This document shows, in pieces, positions 1 through 10,709 of a stretch of DNA of 64,000 nucleotides. The DNA comes from Octopus sinensis (taxonomy: Eukaryota), in NCBI RefSeq assembly GCF_006345805.1, contig NC_043003.1, positions 93,496,001-93,560,000 of the forward strand, written 5' to 3'. A program made the translations under genes and the position numbers. The notes under the pieces are model-generated. The model ran no database searches, was not told where the DNA came from, and worked only from the letters and a program-made list of their open reading frames with translations. The number at the start of each line of letters is the position of its first letter. Within the stretch, counting starts at the first letter, position 1.

Positions 1-660
1 CAAAATAATATGTTCAACTGAGCTGCAATGTGCGATGCACAAAACCTCTGTATCTGGTACAAAAGATTCCCACTTGACTCCTAAGATACGTCTGAGCCAC
101 TTTTGATGAAATCTCCCCAGCATTTTTATGTGACGCTTGTAAGTGGTCCATATCTCACTTGAATAAAGAAGTGCAGACAATACACACGCTTTAGAGACAC
201 TGATTTTTGTCTGCAGGTAAATACCTCTATTCACCTATACTTGCTTTTCGAGCTTTCCAAATGCAACCCTTCCCTTCTCTATTCGATAGTATATATCTGC
301 ATCAAGACTACCATCTCTTGACAGTGTGCTTCCTAGGTAAACAAAGGTGTCAACGACTTCTAACCTTGTTCCATTCACAAAAATGTTTGGTTCAGAATAT
401 GTTTGTCCTGGCACGGGAGTAAAAATTACTTTGGTTTTCCCCAAACTAATTGTGAGTTCGAAATGTACACATGCAGTGGAAAATATGTCCATTAAATGTT
501 GCACATCCCCCTCTGCGTGTGCCAACAAATCAGCATCATCAGCATAAAGTAATTCTCTTACAAGTATTTTGAAAGTCTTTGCTTTGCAGTTAAACCGGGT
601 CAAATTAAAAATACGACTAGATGTCCACAGTGCCTCCCTGTTTAACGTGTCAAATGTCTT
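1..660 (-). mobile_element. RTE-clade LINE fragment (RT C-terminal half and thumb), degraded, runs off the window start
   Basis: ORF 235..603 has LLYADD, ELTISLGKTKV and FVYLGSTLSRDGSLD..I..RI.K...AFGKL. A downstream frame gives LLYSSEIWT and RRILGVKW. All are RTE/BovB-like motifs. Confidence 0.9.
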
Positions 661-705
661 AGTTAAATCTATGAAGACCTGCTATAGTGGCATTTGTATA
701 CATGT

Positions 706-818
706 ATACATACATACATACATGCATACATACATACATACATACATACATACATACATACATACATACATACATACATACATACATACATACATACATA
801 CATACATACATACATACA
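706..818. repeat. (TACA)n microsatellite, representative of dozens of TACA, TA, CA, TCTA, AAT and GAT tracts in the window
   Basis: Direct inspection. Confidence 0.97.
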
Positions 819-1312
819 TGGTGGCTGCTCCCTCGTTATCGAGTATGGCCATTGCACGAAGCTTTATCAATGTTATCGTGCAATGTCTGTGCAAGAAGAT
901 TTTTTTAAAGTGAGGAAAGGCTGTGCACTGAGTCAATCCCACTCACTAAGCAACATCAGCCATAGTCCGAAAAGAAGAACAAGTCAACATCATCGGTAAC
1001 CACTGAGCCGCAGGTTTTATGTCGGAGTTATCCCACTTACCTGAGTTACCTTCTCCTAGAAGGATGCTAGGAGTTCTTCACTCCCAATGGTTTAACCGCG
1101 CGATCGGATATTCAGTCCGCGCATGATACAGCCTTAAGCCTTAAGAAAAAAAAATACACATTTATTGGATGGGCGTTGTTTTTCATCCCGCAGAGTGTCC
1201 AATAAATACTCTCCTCACCAAGCAAGGTTGCCGGTTTAGTCGCCGACGACCCGACCATGCAACAGGTTGTACTGGGTTACATGTTACCAGTAGCACTCGA
1301 AAGTGACCTGAC
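819..1312 (-). mobile_element. Non-coding, non-autonomous RTE-like retroelement, copy 1
   Basis: Near-identical to 52395-52942. It has 3' stem-loops (TTGCACGA..TCGTGCAA; CTCG-ATAA-CGAG), a microsatellite tail, and GGAGAAGGTAACTC resembling RTE 5' UTRs. The RTE link is inferred. Confidence 0.7.
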
Positions 1313-1537
1313 ATAACATAACATACATACATACATACATACATACATACATGCATACATGCATACATACATACATACATACATACATACATACATACAT
1401 ACATACATACATACATACATACATACGTAAGAATGTGTATAACTACGGACAACTGCTACGAAAAATTCAGCTTCTGTATCCAAATTATAAACTCACATTT
1501 ATATCAATAATTTTTGGTGTACTCAGTTTTTGTTTAG

Positions 1538-1619
1538 TAAATGCCAAGATGACAATCTAGAAAAGCCAGTTTTCGAAAAAGAAATCAACCTGCTCTCACG
1601 CATATTGCAAATGTGCTCT
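1538..1619 (+). CDS. Candidate host exon (KCQDDNLEKPVFEKEINLLSRILQMCS), protein unidentified
   Basis: ttttgtttAG acceptor, GTACGT donor, open frame, non-repetitive sequence. No homology recognised. Confidence 0.3.
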
Positions 1620-2039
1620 GTACGTGGAATAGTAAAAACATGCAATACTTTTCCTCAAGTTCAAAATGTGACATTGGTTTTCTTATCTAAATTCTAATGA
1701 TGGAGCTTTGTATTTTCGCTAGAAATCGATCCCTTTCCTTAAAGAAAGACTTCGAATAATTAAAGATAGAAAAAAAAAAACAAATCTACACACATATATG
1801 CATGCACATATATGTATATGTGTATGCATGTGTGTGCGTGTGCGTGTGCATATGTGTGTATGGGGGGTGAGATAAATAGACAAAGATGAGATTAGGTAAA
1901 GGTAGAGCGAGAATGAGGAAGAAAGAAAGAAAAAAAGAAAAAAAGAAAGAAAGATCAGGAAAGAAAGGGATCAGTAAAAATGTAGCTTGAAGTTATGTTT
2001 CTTCTCAAAGAACAAAGAACAAAAATATATATAAAAAAA

Positions 2040-2450
2040 AGGAGCTTAATTGTAAAGAATTTTGGACCTGGGTTTGCATCCCCTAAGCAAATTTCGTCGC
2101 TGAGCCAGTGTGTGAATGTGGAGAAGCAGACCATACTGTGAAACATTGACTGTCAAGCCCTGCAACAGCAAGACTTTGCAGAGTTCAATGAAAATTTTAA
2201 AAAAGGCGTAGAACTGTATAAAGAATTGGGAAAATGTTATACATAACTATTGCCCTTCGAAGAATTGAAAGAAGGAGCAGTGTCGTCGTGTAGCTCCAAG
2301 CCAGCTCAGATCAAGCAAACTTATAAGGTTAGTAGCAGAGAAAAATTATTTTTCAGACACCCGGAAGAAGAAAGAATACGGGGATATCGTCTTTGCATTA
2401 AGAATACTGAATGTAAAAGTTTATGGTTTAAGGTGGAGAATTTGCTGTGA
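2040..2450 (+). mobile_element. Degraded LINE C-terminal zinc-knuckle remnant
   Basis: PVCECGEADHTVKH at about 2099-2146 resembles the CxCG..T.xH knuckle of I-group LINEs, with surrounding stops. Boundaries approximate. Confidence 0.35.
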
Positions 2451-2807
2451 ATTTGATGGTTTAACTGAACATTTTCGCTAGTACGATATTCTATTTTACT
2501 TTTATTATTTTATTTGTTTCAGTCATTGGAATTCGATCATGCTGAAGATACTGCCTTGAACAAATCGACTCGAGAATTTATTTTAAGACAATTTTTTATT
2601 CTATCGATCTCTTATCTCCGACGTTACGGTGGTTTAAAAAAACACAACACTAGTTGTCAAGGAACGTTGCGCAAAGACGCACTAAAACACACTCACACAC
2701 ACACACACACACACACACACAGATGGATAGATAGAGAGATAATACGTGTGCGCGTTACTTATACAAGTTACTTATACACACGTCTTGTCTCAGAGTCATT
2801 CATAAGA

Positions 2808-3202
2808 CTAGCAGTATCGCCCGGCGTTGCTCGGGTTTGTAAGGGAAATAACTATATAAGCATTTTTAGAGAGTTATACCCCAAAAATAGCAAAACAATG
2901 CATTAAAAATGGAAAAAAAATTATGGTAAATTTTTTAAAATCGTTGACTCGTCGTAAACATTTTTAAAGAGTTACTTCCCTTATATAATAGCGAAAAAAT
3001 GCATCAAAATGGAAAGAAATGATGGTAAATTTTTTTTAAATCGTAGACTCATCGTAGACGCGCGCTAATACCCAGAAGGGCTCGATATGAATCACGACTA
3101 TAAGATACCCGGTTTTGGTTAAACTGCACCGCAAAATGTGGAAGTAGTTAGGAATCTAAATCGTAGGAGACAGACACACAACTTGACTTTTATATATAAA
3201 GA
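2808..3202 (-). mobile_element. Non-autonomous Helitron, family A
   Basis: On the minus strand: A|TC start, 3' hairpin CCCGAGCAACGCCGGG, CTAG|T end. Related copies at 7291, 9483 and 53299. Confidence 0.85.
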
Positions 3203-3513
3203 TATCATTTTTGTTTGTTTATTTACATTTACACCTGTGTCCTATTCGTAATTTTTTTCGTCACTGTCATCAACGTTCGCTCAATGTTCCCAGCAACTAT
3301 TCGCTGTTGATGCCGCCAGAAAAGAACAATATTATAGTTAAAGGTGTGAAATAGCAATGTTTTTCTTTCTTTCTTTTTCTGACAATAACTGATGAGAAAA
3401 GAGTATTTCCATGTGACTGACATTTTCCGTTCGTTCCTTGCCATACTTCTGTTTAATTACTTATATATATATTGAAGCAGCCAGTATTTTGATAAACATT
3501 ATTCAACAAACAA

Positions 3514-3810
3514 GTGGAGGCGCAATGGCCCAGTGGTTAGGGCAGCGGACTCGCGGTCGTAGGATCGCGGTTTCGATTCCCAGGCCGGGCGTTGTGAGTA
3601 TTTATTGAGCGAAAACACATGAAAAAGCTCCACGAGGCTCCGGCGGGGGTGGTGATCCCTGCTGTACTCTTTCACCACTCTTTCTTCTGTTGGCCTGCTC
3701 GCTTAGCCAGCGGGGTGGCGTCATTCGAAGGCTAAAACAATGCGAAGCGCATTGTGACCAGCGATGTGTAACAACATCTGATGGTCTGGTCGGTCATGTG
3801 ATCACGTGAT
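3514..3810 (+). mobile_element. tRNA(Arg)-like SINE with RTE-derived 3' tail
   Basis: A box (TGGCCCAGTGG) and B box (GGTTTCGATTCC). The tail aligns to the RTE 3' end at 15964-16034. Confidence 0.85.
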
Positions 3811-3894
3811 ATATATATATAGTTGTAGTTATATTTCAGGACGGTCGTTTCTTTTTTCCTGCCAAATAAACACACGCACTATATATGCGCTCTT

Positions 3895-4635
3895 GGATCT
3901 AGTCGATTTGGCTGCCAGCATTTCAATAATTTGAAGTTTACCAAAAATCTTAAAATTTGGCTCAATAATACACTTGCCCAAACTGAATTGCTAGGGTTAT
4001 TTCACTTTTTCCAGAAAAAATGTTTTTAAAAGTTATGGAGGTTTAAAGTTTCATCATTTTTACCCAGTCAGGAAACAGGATTTGAAAGATGTCATTTTGT
4101 GCGTGACTGTTCATTTTGTCGTCAATATCCTGAAAATAGCACGTGTTGTCAATATTCGTAAACAACACGTGTTATGCAAATGCGACGAACAACTCATTAC
4201 ATGCGATAAGCACAATACAATTTTTAACAGAAAGATTTGGAAGAATTAAATGAAAGTTCTCCGGTAATTTTCTTTCACGTAAATTAAATACTACAAATTA
4301 AATATTATTAAAAACATTTTGCTGACCAATTCAAAAATTCACATGCTCAATTGTCAACAGATAGGTAAAAACGAGTGTTTTCAATATATTTGTCAACACA
4401 GGCTTTCTTGGAGATAAAAGAGTTCTCATGTTCCGCTTCTTACTATCGAAATAAGTATGAATGTGACTAAAATTACCAAAATTTTCAAACTTTAATTACT
4501 AATAATTCTTTATTTATTAATTTATAGTGAAAATGATTTTCACGTCATTAATTAAACTATAAAAGTGTATCATTACACAGAATATGAAATCAATTCGGTC
4601 AGAATTGATGTTGGCAGCCAAACCGACTAGATTCC
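3895..4635. mobile_element. Non-autonomous DNA transposon (MITE) with ~28-bp TIRs, superfamily unresolved
   Basis: Left end GGATCTAGTCGATTTGGCTGCCAGCAT vs right-end reverse complement GGAATCTAGTCGGTTTGGCTGCCAACAT. Flanks GCTCTT/GTTCTT may be a TSD. Confidence 0.8.
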
Positions 4636-4681
4636 GTTCTTCACTCGTTTATTATTCGTCTTATTTCATCTTATGTCCATT

Positions 4682-4724
4682 GTCTGGAAATTTTTCGTCA
4701 AACACCTGTAACTTCTTCAGCGAC
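4682..4724 (-). ncRNA. Minimal type-I hammerhead ribozyme (PLE type)
   Basis: Minus strand reads gtcg CTGAAGA a gtta-caggtgtt-tgac GAAA aatt TC cagac. Core intact, palindromic AATT in stem III, stem I imperfect. Confidence 0.6.
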
Positions 4725-4922
4725 CCTTCCAACCCACGTATCTCCTGTTTTGTTTAGTCCACAATTTCACATCAGGAATCAAGCAAAACAAATTCATAAA
4801 CGTGTATGTATATATATATATATAAGATAAACTTACTTGGAAATGAATGCATGGCGTTCTATCATATCATGTCATATATATATATTTCAATATTATATAT
4901 ATATATTATCTATATATATTAG

Positions 4923-5197
4923 AAGAAATAAGGTACTCAGAAATCTGGATGGTTTTATATTTAGAGATATTTATTATATGTCACATGTTTTTATAAATCA
5001 TTTATTAGCACTTGCGTCCACGCTAGTGGAGTCTTCAGGTTGAACTTTTTCAGGAAATTTGTCTCTTCTGAAAAAGTTCAATCTGAAGACTCACTAGAGT
5101 GGACGCAAGCACTAATATATCATTTATAAAAACATGTGTCATATTAATAAATATCTGTAATATAAAACCATCCAGATTTCTGAGTATCTTATTTCTT
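4923..5197. repeat. ~275-bp near-perfect palindrome in a (TA)n tract, probably inverted PLE pseudo-LTR halves
   Basis: Arms AAGAAATAAGGTACTCAGAAATCTGGATGG... and ...CCATCCAGATTTCTGAGTATCTTATTTCTT. Each arm has CTGAAGA-stem-GCAA. Confidence 0.85.
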
Positions 5198-5231
5198 GTA
5201 ATATATAATACCTGTACATCATCTTCAAACC

Positions 5232-5279
<48 letters not shown>

Positions 5280-5286
5280 ATATATA

Positions 5287-5444
5287 GGCGTAGGAGTGGC
5301 TGTGTGGTTAGTAGCTTGCTTACGAGCCACATGGTTTCGGGTTCAGTCCCACTGCGTGGCACCTTGGGCAAGTGTCTTCAACTATAGCCTCGAGCCGACC
5401 AAAGTGGATTTGGTAGACGGAAATTGAAAGAAGCCCGTCGTGTT

Positions 5445-5520
<76 letters not shown>

Positions 5521-5924
5521 GTGTGTGTGACAGATTTACATACACACCGATGCATTCATATGCAGTTTCTGTCTACCAAATTCACTCACAAAGTATTGTT
5601 CAGCTCTTAATTATTGTAGAAGGCGCTTACTCAAGGTGCAGCGGCGCAGTAGGATTGAACCCGAAGCCACGTGGTTGTGAAGCGAGCTTCTTAACCACAA
5701 AGTCATGCTTGCGTTTACTGTTAGGACATTGAAATTTAAAAAAAAAATTTTGTCAGATATAGGCGTAGGAGTGGCTATGTGGTAAGTAGCTTGTTTACAA
5801 CCACATGGTTCTGGGTTCAGTCCCACTGCGTGGCACCTTGGGCAAATGTCTTCTACTATAGCCTCGGGCCGACCAATGCCTTGTGAGTGGATTTGGTAGA
5901 CGGAAACTGAAAAGAAGCCCGTCG
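5287..5924. mobile_element. Cluster of three 5' halves of SINE family B (5287-5441 +, ~5545-5715 -, 5762-5924 +)
   Basis: Head GGCGTAGGAGTGGCTGTGTGG...GGTTCAGTCCCACTGCGTGGCACCTTGGGCAAG recurs throughout the window. Confidence 0.85.
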
Positions 5925-5950
5925 TATATATGTATATATATATATATATA

Positions 5951-6385
5951 TCTCTTATTATAAAAGGCAGGTTTTATCTGCCTCCCTTTGGGAGTTATAC
6001 AAATCTACAATATAGGATTTCTTCAATTACAATTTACCTAGCATTTTTAAGAGTACAATGCATCGCGTCATGCCAGGTCCAGTTTTTAAAATTTAAACTC
6101 CAATTAAGCAAAATTTACAGAAAACTCACATTCTGGTGTGTGTGTCAAATGCTTTTCTTAGTCTGGTTTACACCACACGCAAACGCACACACACAGTGGG
6201 CAACGAATAAAGTGAAACTAGATGTAATATTTGTTTCTCTCTATCACGCTGATAGATACATGAGTAAAAGTATGGGAAGCTAACACATAAGTGTGAGTGA
6301 AAATGTTCTTGGAAGAGAGTAAATAGCCAGAGATAGTGATTTGAGGAAGACTTTACATTAAATAACCGTAGTGGCTTGTGTTAGT
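5951..6385 (+). mobile_element. Probable Helitron 5' portion, family B
   Basis: A|TCTCTTATTATAAAAGG start. The first ~260 bp are almost identical to 7920-8180. 3' end not seen. Confidence 0.6.
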
Positions 6386-6505
6386 AATAAAGTAAACATA
6401 CACTCATACATACATACATACATACATACATACATACATACATACATACACACACACACATACATACATCAGACATACATACATACATACAATACATACA
6501 TACAT

Positions 6506-6536
<31 letters not shown>

Positions 6537-7014
6537 TACACCACACACAGTATTGAAGCTTGAGAACAATCAGATACATTTGCAACACATCTGTTGAAAT
6601 ATTATTGTTCACACACATACATATACATATATACATACAGACAGACAGACAGATAGACACACACACACACCACACACACATGATCCAGCATGGCCACAAC
6701 CTCAAGGCTGAACATATAAAAGAAACAGAATATAAATGTGTGCATGTGTGTGAGAGAGAGAGTGTGTGTGTATATGTATGTATGTGTATGTATGTATTAT
6801 GTATGTATGTATGTATGTATGTATGTATGTTATATATATATAATAATGCGGTTTTTCAACAGCTTGAACTAAAAGTCAGAGGGGAATGGGATAAACTACT
6901 TATATTAACTTGCTATAAAAGCAGGTAGTAATTTTATCTTGTCCTTATTCATAGTGCAAGTTTTGAAGAGTGCATTTCGATTTTAACAGCTATTTTTTTC
7001 AAAGCTATATTGGA

Positions 7015-7265
7015 ACAGCCTAGAAGACGAGCCTCATCTGAAAGATCTGTAGAACTCGACAAGGACATCCTGAAAACCCTGGTGGGACAAAATCTCATCG
7101 TAACTGTTGAGGAACTAGCAGAGAAGCTTGGATTTGGTCATTCAACCATTCATTGAGACCTGTGTGCTATCGGAAAAGTCAGCAAATTGGGTCAATGGGT
7201 TCCTCACGAACTTTCCGAGTCTAATTGCATGCAGAGAGTGAATGTATGCTTTTCTTGCTGTCACA
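7015..7265 (+). pseudogene. mariner transposase fragment (HTH region and linker)
   Basis: LEDEP..(frameshift)..TVEELAEKLGFGHSTIH*DLCAIGKVSKLGQWVPHELS contains the mariner WVPHEL motif. Confidence 0.9.
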
Positions 7266-7290
7266 TCTCACCACTACTGCGCTATGTATA

Positions 7291-7919
7291 TCTATATATA
7301 TAAAACTGTAGTTGTGTAAGTGTCTGTCCCCTTCGATTTAGATTCCTAACTACTCCCACATTTTGCGGTGCAGTTTAACCAAATTCGGGTAGCTTATAGT
7401 CGTGATTCATATCGAGCCCGTCTGAGTATTAGCGCGCGTCTACGATGAGTCTACGATTTTAAAAATAATTTAACATCATTTTTTATTCCATTTTAATGCA
7501 TAATTTTTCGTGTGTCGATGGCGGCGGAGTTGGCGTCCACGCTCACACATGCACCTGTGGGGAAGGGAGTGTAAGAATCAACGTCGTAATGCGTTGTCAA
7601 GGAGACCAGCGTTCTTTTAGAACAACGACTTCATGGCTTGAAGACACCAAAACAGAAATGGCTAAGAAAGCGTCTACATGAGTCTACGATTAAAAAAATT
7701 TACCATCGTTTTTTTTCCATTTTAATGCATTTTTTCGCTATTATATAAGGGAAGTAACTCTCTAAAAATGTCTACGATGAGTCAACGATTTTTCAAAAAA
7801 TTTACCATCATATTTTTTTCCATTTTTATGCATTTTTTGCTATTTTTGGCTATAACTCTCTGAAAATGCTTATATAGTTATTTCCCTTACAAACCCGAGC
7901 AACGCCGGGATACTGCTAG
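7291..7919 (+). mobile_element. Non-autonomous Helitron, family A, long variant
   Basis: A|TC start, CCCGAGCAACGCCGGG hairpin, CTAG end at 7916-7919. Confidence 0.85.
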
Positions 7920-8400
7920 TCTCTTATTATAAAAGGCAGATTTTATCTGCCTCCCTTTGGGAGTTATACAAATCTACAATATAGGATTTCTTCAATTACA
8001 ATTTACCTAGCATTTTTAAGAGTACAATGCATCGCGTCATGCCAGGTCCAGTTTTTAAAATTTAAACTCCAATTAAGCAAAATTTACAGAAAACTCACAT
8101 TCTGGTGTGTGTGTCAAATGCTTTTCTTAGTCTGGTTTACACCACACGCAAACGCACACACACAGTGGGCAACGAATAAAATGAAAGTAATTCACTTACT
8201 GTAGTGAGTGATTCTTTCACTCTGCCTCCCACTTCCTCTTTCCACACATAGACACGCAAATATATAAATAAAATTGTAAGCTAACGTGCGTGTGTGTGAG
8301 TGTGTGTGTGTGTGTGTGTGCGCGTGTGTGTGTGTGAGGGTGCGTATGTGTGTGTGTGTGTGTGAGTGTGCGTGAGTGTGTGACAGGAAAGTTTTTACGA
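7920..8400 (+). mobile_element. Probable Helitron family B 5' portion, abutting family A
   Basis: Begins TCTCTTATTATAAAAGG immediately after CTAG and duplicates 5951-6210. Confidence 0.6.
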
Positions 8401-8429
8401 CGAATATAAGACCTATATCCAAGTAGCAG

Positions 8430-8700
8430 AAAGATAAGACAGTAAGGTGTGATTTGAGGGAGATTTGGCTGCTATTTCTACCATGTCTAGCTGCCATGTA
8501 GGGGTCTCCCTCATAGGCTCATACATACATATATACATAGATAAGACAGTAAGGTGTGATTTGGGGGAAATTTGGCTGCTATTTCTACCAGGTCTAGCTA
8601 CCATGTAGAGGTCCCCCTCATTGGCTCATATATATATATACATACATAAGACAGTAAGGTGTGATTTGAGGGAGATTTGGCTGCTGTTTCTACCAGGTCT
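8430..8700 (+). repeat. Three tandem ~105-bp units of a dispersed repeat end (GTAAGGTGTGATTTGAGGGAGATTTGGCTGCTATTTCTA)
   Basis: Units start near 8433, 8540 and 8646. Dispersed relatives near 11980, 16700, 45350 and 60470. Confidence 0.8.
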
Positions 8701-9059
8701 GTTAGGCCTTCTCATGTAAACTCAAGCTTTCTCATGCCTTGAACATAAGACCAAAGCAGAGAATGTATTCTTTTATTCTTCTGCTTTTTCCAGCCATTGG
8801 TCTGTGGCCATGCTGGGGCAATGCCTTGAAGAATTGTAGTTTAATGAATCAACTCCGTTTTATTTTTGTAAGCATTGTACTTATCTATCTGTTTCCTTGT
8901 CAAACCACTAGGTGACAGGGATGTAACAAACCAACATTCGTTGTCAAGCATGGGTGGAGGACAATCACAAGCACAGACACGCACACACACACACATACAT
9001 GCATACACATACACACACTACATACATACATACATATATATTATGTGTGTATATATATA

Positions 9060-9319
9060 TTGCAGCGTGAAGGTGTTTGTAAGCCATTTAAGTAAGAAAC
9101 ACACAAAAACCGTTACATTCACTTCAACATTTAAATTTAATTGGCCAAAATATTTTCGTCGCTTTGAGACCGCAACCTGTTCACTGACAAAAATATCGTG
9201 CTAACAGGTCGCGGTCTCAAAGCGACGAAAATATTTTGACAAATTAAATTTAAATGTTGAAGTGAATCTACGGTTTTTCTGTGTTTCTTAAAGGCTTATA
9301 AACACCTTCAACGCTGCAA
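9060..9319. repeat. ~260-bp palindrome next to (TA)n with degenerate hammerhead-like arms
   Basis: TTGCAGCGTGAAGGTGTTT...AAACACCTTCAACGCTGCAA, with inner arms TTTTCGTCGCTTTGAGACCGC / GCGGTCTCAAAGCGACGAAAA. Confidence 0.85.
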
Positions 9320-9482
9320 CTGTTTTCGTTCCCGCACACGATCTCAGATCAAGTCACTTGCTATGCAAGTACATCTCTGTAACTATATATATATTATATA
9401 TATATATATATGTATATTGGTAAAAACAGTAAGATAACAAAAGAAAGAAAGAGACCTCAATATTATGTAAATAGAGGAAATA

Positions 9483-9872
9483 TTTATATATAAAAGTGAG
9501 GTTGTGTGTCTGTCTCCTACGATTTAGATTCCTAACTACTCCCACATTTTGCGGTGCAGTTTAAAACAACCGGGTATCTTATAGTCGTGATTCATATCGA
9601 GACCGTCTGGGTATTAGCGCGCGTCTACGATGAGTCTACAATTTAAAAAAAAATTACCATCAATTTTTCCCATTTTTAATCCATTTTTGACATATATAAG
9701 GAAGTAACTCTCTAAAATTTATTATTAAATCTCAGAACGTAAAAACCTACAGTAACACCCCTCCCCCTTTGTGGTTAGCCATATTGAGATGGCTATTATA
9801 CTTTACATCTCTAAAAATGCTTATATAATTATTTCCCTTACAAACCCGAGCAACGCCGGGCGATACTGCTAG
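9483..9872 (+). mobile_element. Non-autonomous Helitron, family A
   Basis: Same body as 2808-3202, with hairpin and CTAG|T end. Confidence 0.85.
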
Positions 9873-9894
9873 TATATATATATGTGCATGTGTG

Positions 9895-10116
9895 TGTTTG
9901 TTTGTCTGTGTTTGTCCCCCTAGCATTGCTTGACAACCGATGTTGGTGTGTTTATGTCCCCGTTAACTAGCGGTTCGGCAAAAAGAGACCGATAGAATAA
10001 GTACTGGGCTTACAAAAGAATAAGTCGCGGGGTCGAGTTGCTCGATTAAAGGCGGTGCTCCAGCATGGCCGCAGTCAAATGACTGAAACAAGTAAAAGAG
10101 TAAAAGAGTAAAGAGT
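9895..10116 (+). mobile_element. SINE family B 3' half with CR1-group LINE tail
   Basis: Ends GGCGGTGCTCCAGCATGGCCGCAGTCAAATGACTGAAAC followed by (AGTAAAAG)n. Confidence 0.85.
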
Positions 10117-10378
10117 ATGTAGGAGTGTGAACCGCTTAGTTACCAATGTGAAAAAAATAATAATAACAAGCAAACAAAAAACAAAAAAAACAAGAGAGAA
10201 AGAGTAAGAGAGTCGGAGAGAGATAATAATTGTTTAATAATGTGTACTGACAAGTTAGAGTCAAATTCAGGGAAATATTTCAGATATTTGCCTTGTATTA
10301 TAAAGTTTATTTGAAGCAAACTTACGAGAAGGATACATATGTTTTATATCACTCAACTGGTCAACGTACTCACTGTAG

Positions 10379-10464
10379 AAGTTCCCCAAGTCGCAATGAA
10401 GCCAACGTTTGCCGATTACCATAAACACGTGCGGCCAATAATGTTTTGGATCGTTGCCTCTACA
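10379..10464 (+). CDS. Candidate host exon (VPQVAMKPTFADYHKHVRPIMFWIVAST); the 5' boundary may lie further upstream (~10317)
   Basis: ctcactgtAG acceptor, strong GTGAGT donor, ends in phase 0 compatible with 12076. Confidence 0.35.
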
Positions 10465-10659
10465 GTGAGTGAGTGAGATTAAGCGTGACCAGCACTCCGG
10501 GTGTCCTGTAGAAAGAACTCTGACACTAGAAATAAGGGTTCGGTAATGGGATGGTTTTGTTATTTGTTTGTCCTGCTTTTGTTTTTTTTATGTTTCACTT
10601 TTTTTTTCTATTTCTATTTTTTTTACCGTCCCCGCGAAAGTGATATATGTAGCAGGAAG

Positions 10660-10709
<50 letters not shown>

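Noticed and set aside
569-999. ORFs with HTYI, MYVC, YIYI, poly-I, poly-E or poly-M runs here and throughout the ORF track
   Set aside because: They are translations of microsatellites that lack stops by composition.
2250-2450. Apparent exons with GT/AG sites
   Set aside because: They adjoin a LINE-type zinc-knuckle remnant, so degraded retroelement sequence is more likely.
3514-3590. tRNA-Arg gene
   Set aside because: The acceptor stem is imperfect, and the sequence continues into a SINE body and LINE tail. It is a SINE head with multiple copies.
8430-8700. CRISPR-like repeat-spacer pattern (also the SINE arrays at 42.6-44.4 kb and 55.6-56.5 kb)
   Set aside because: The units are 100-200-bp eukaryotic repeats with no unique spacers and no cas genes.
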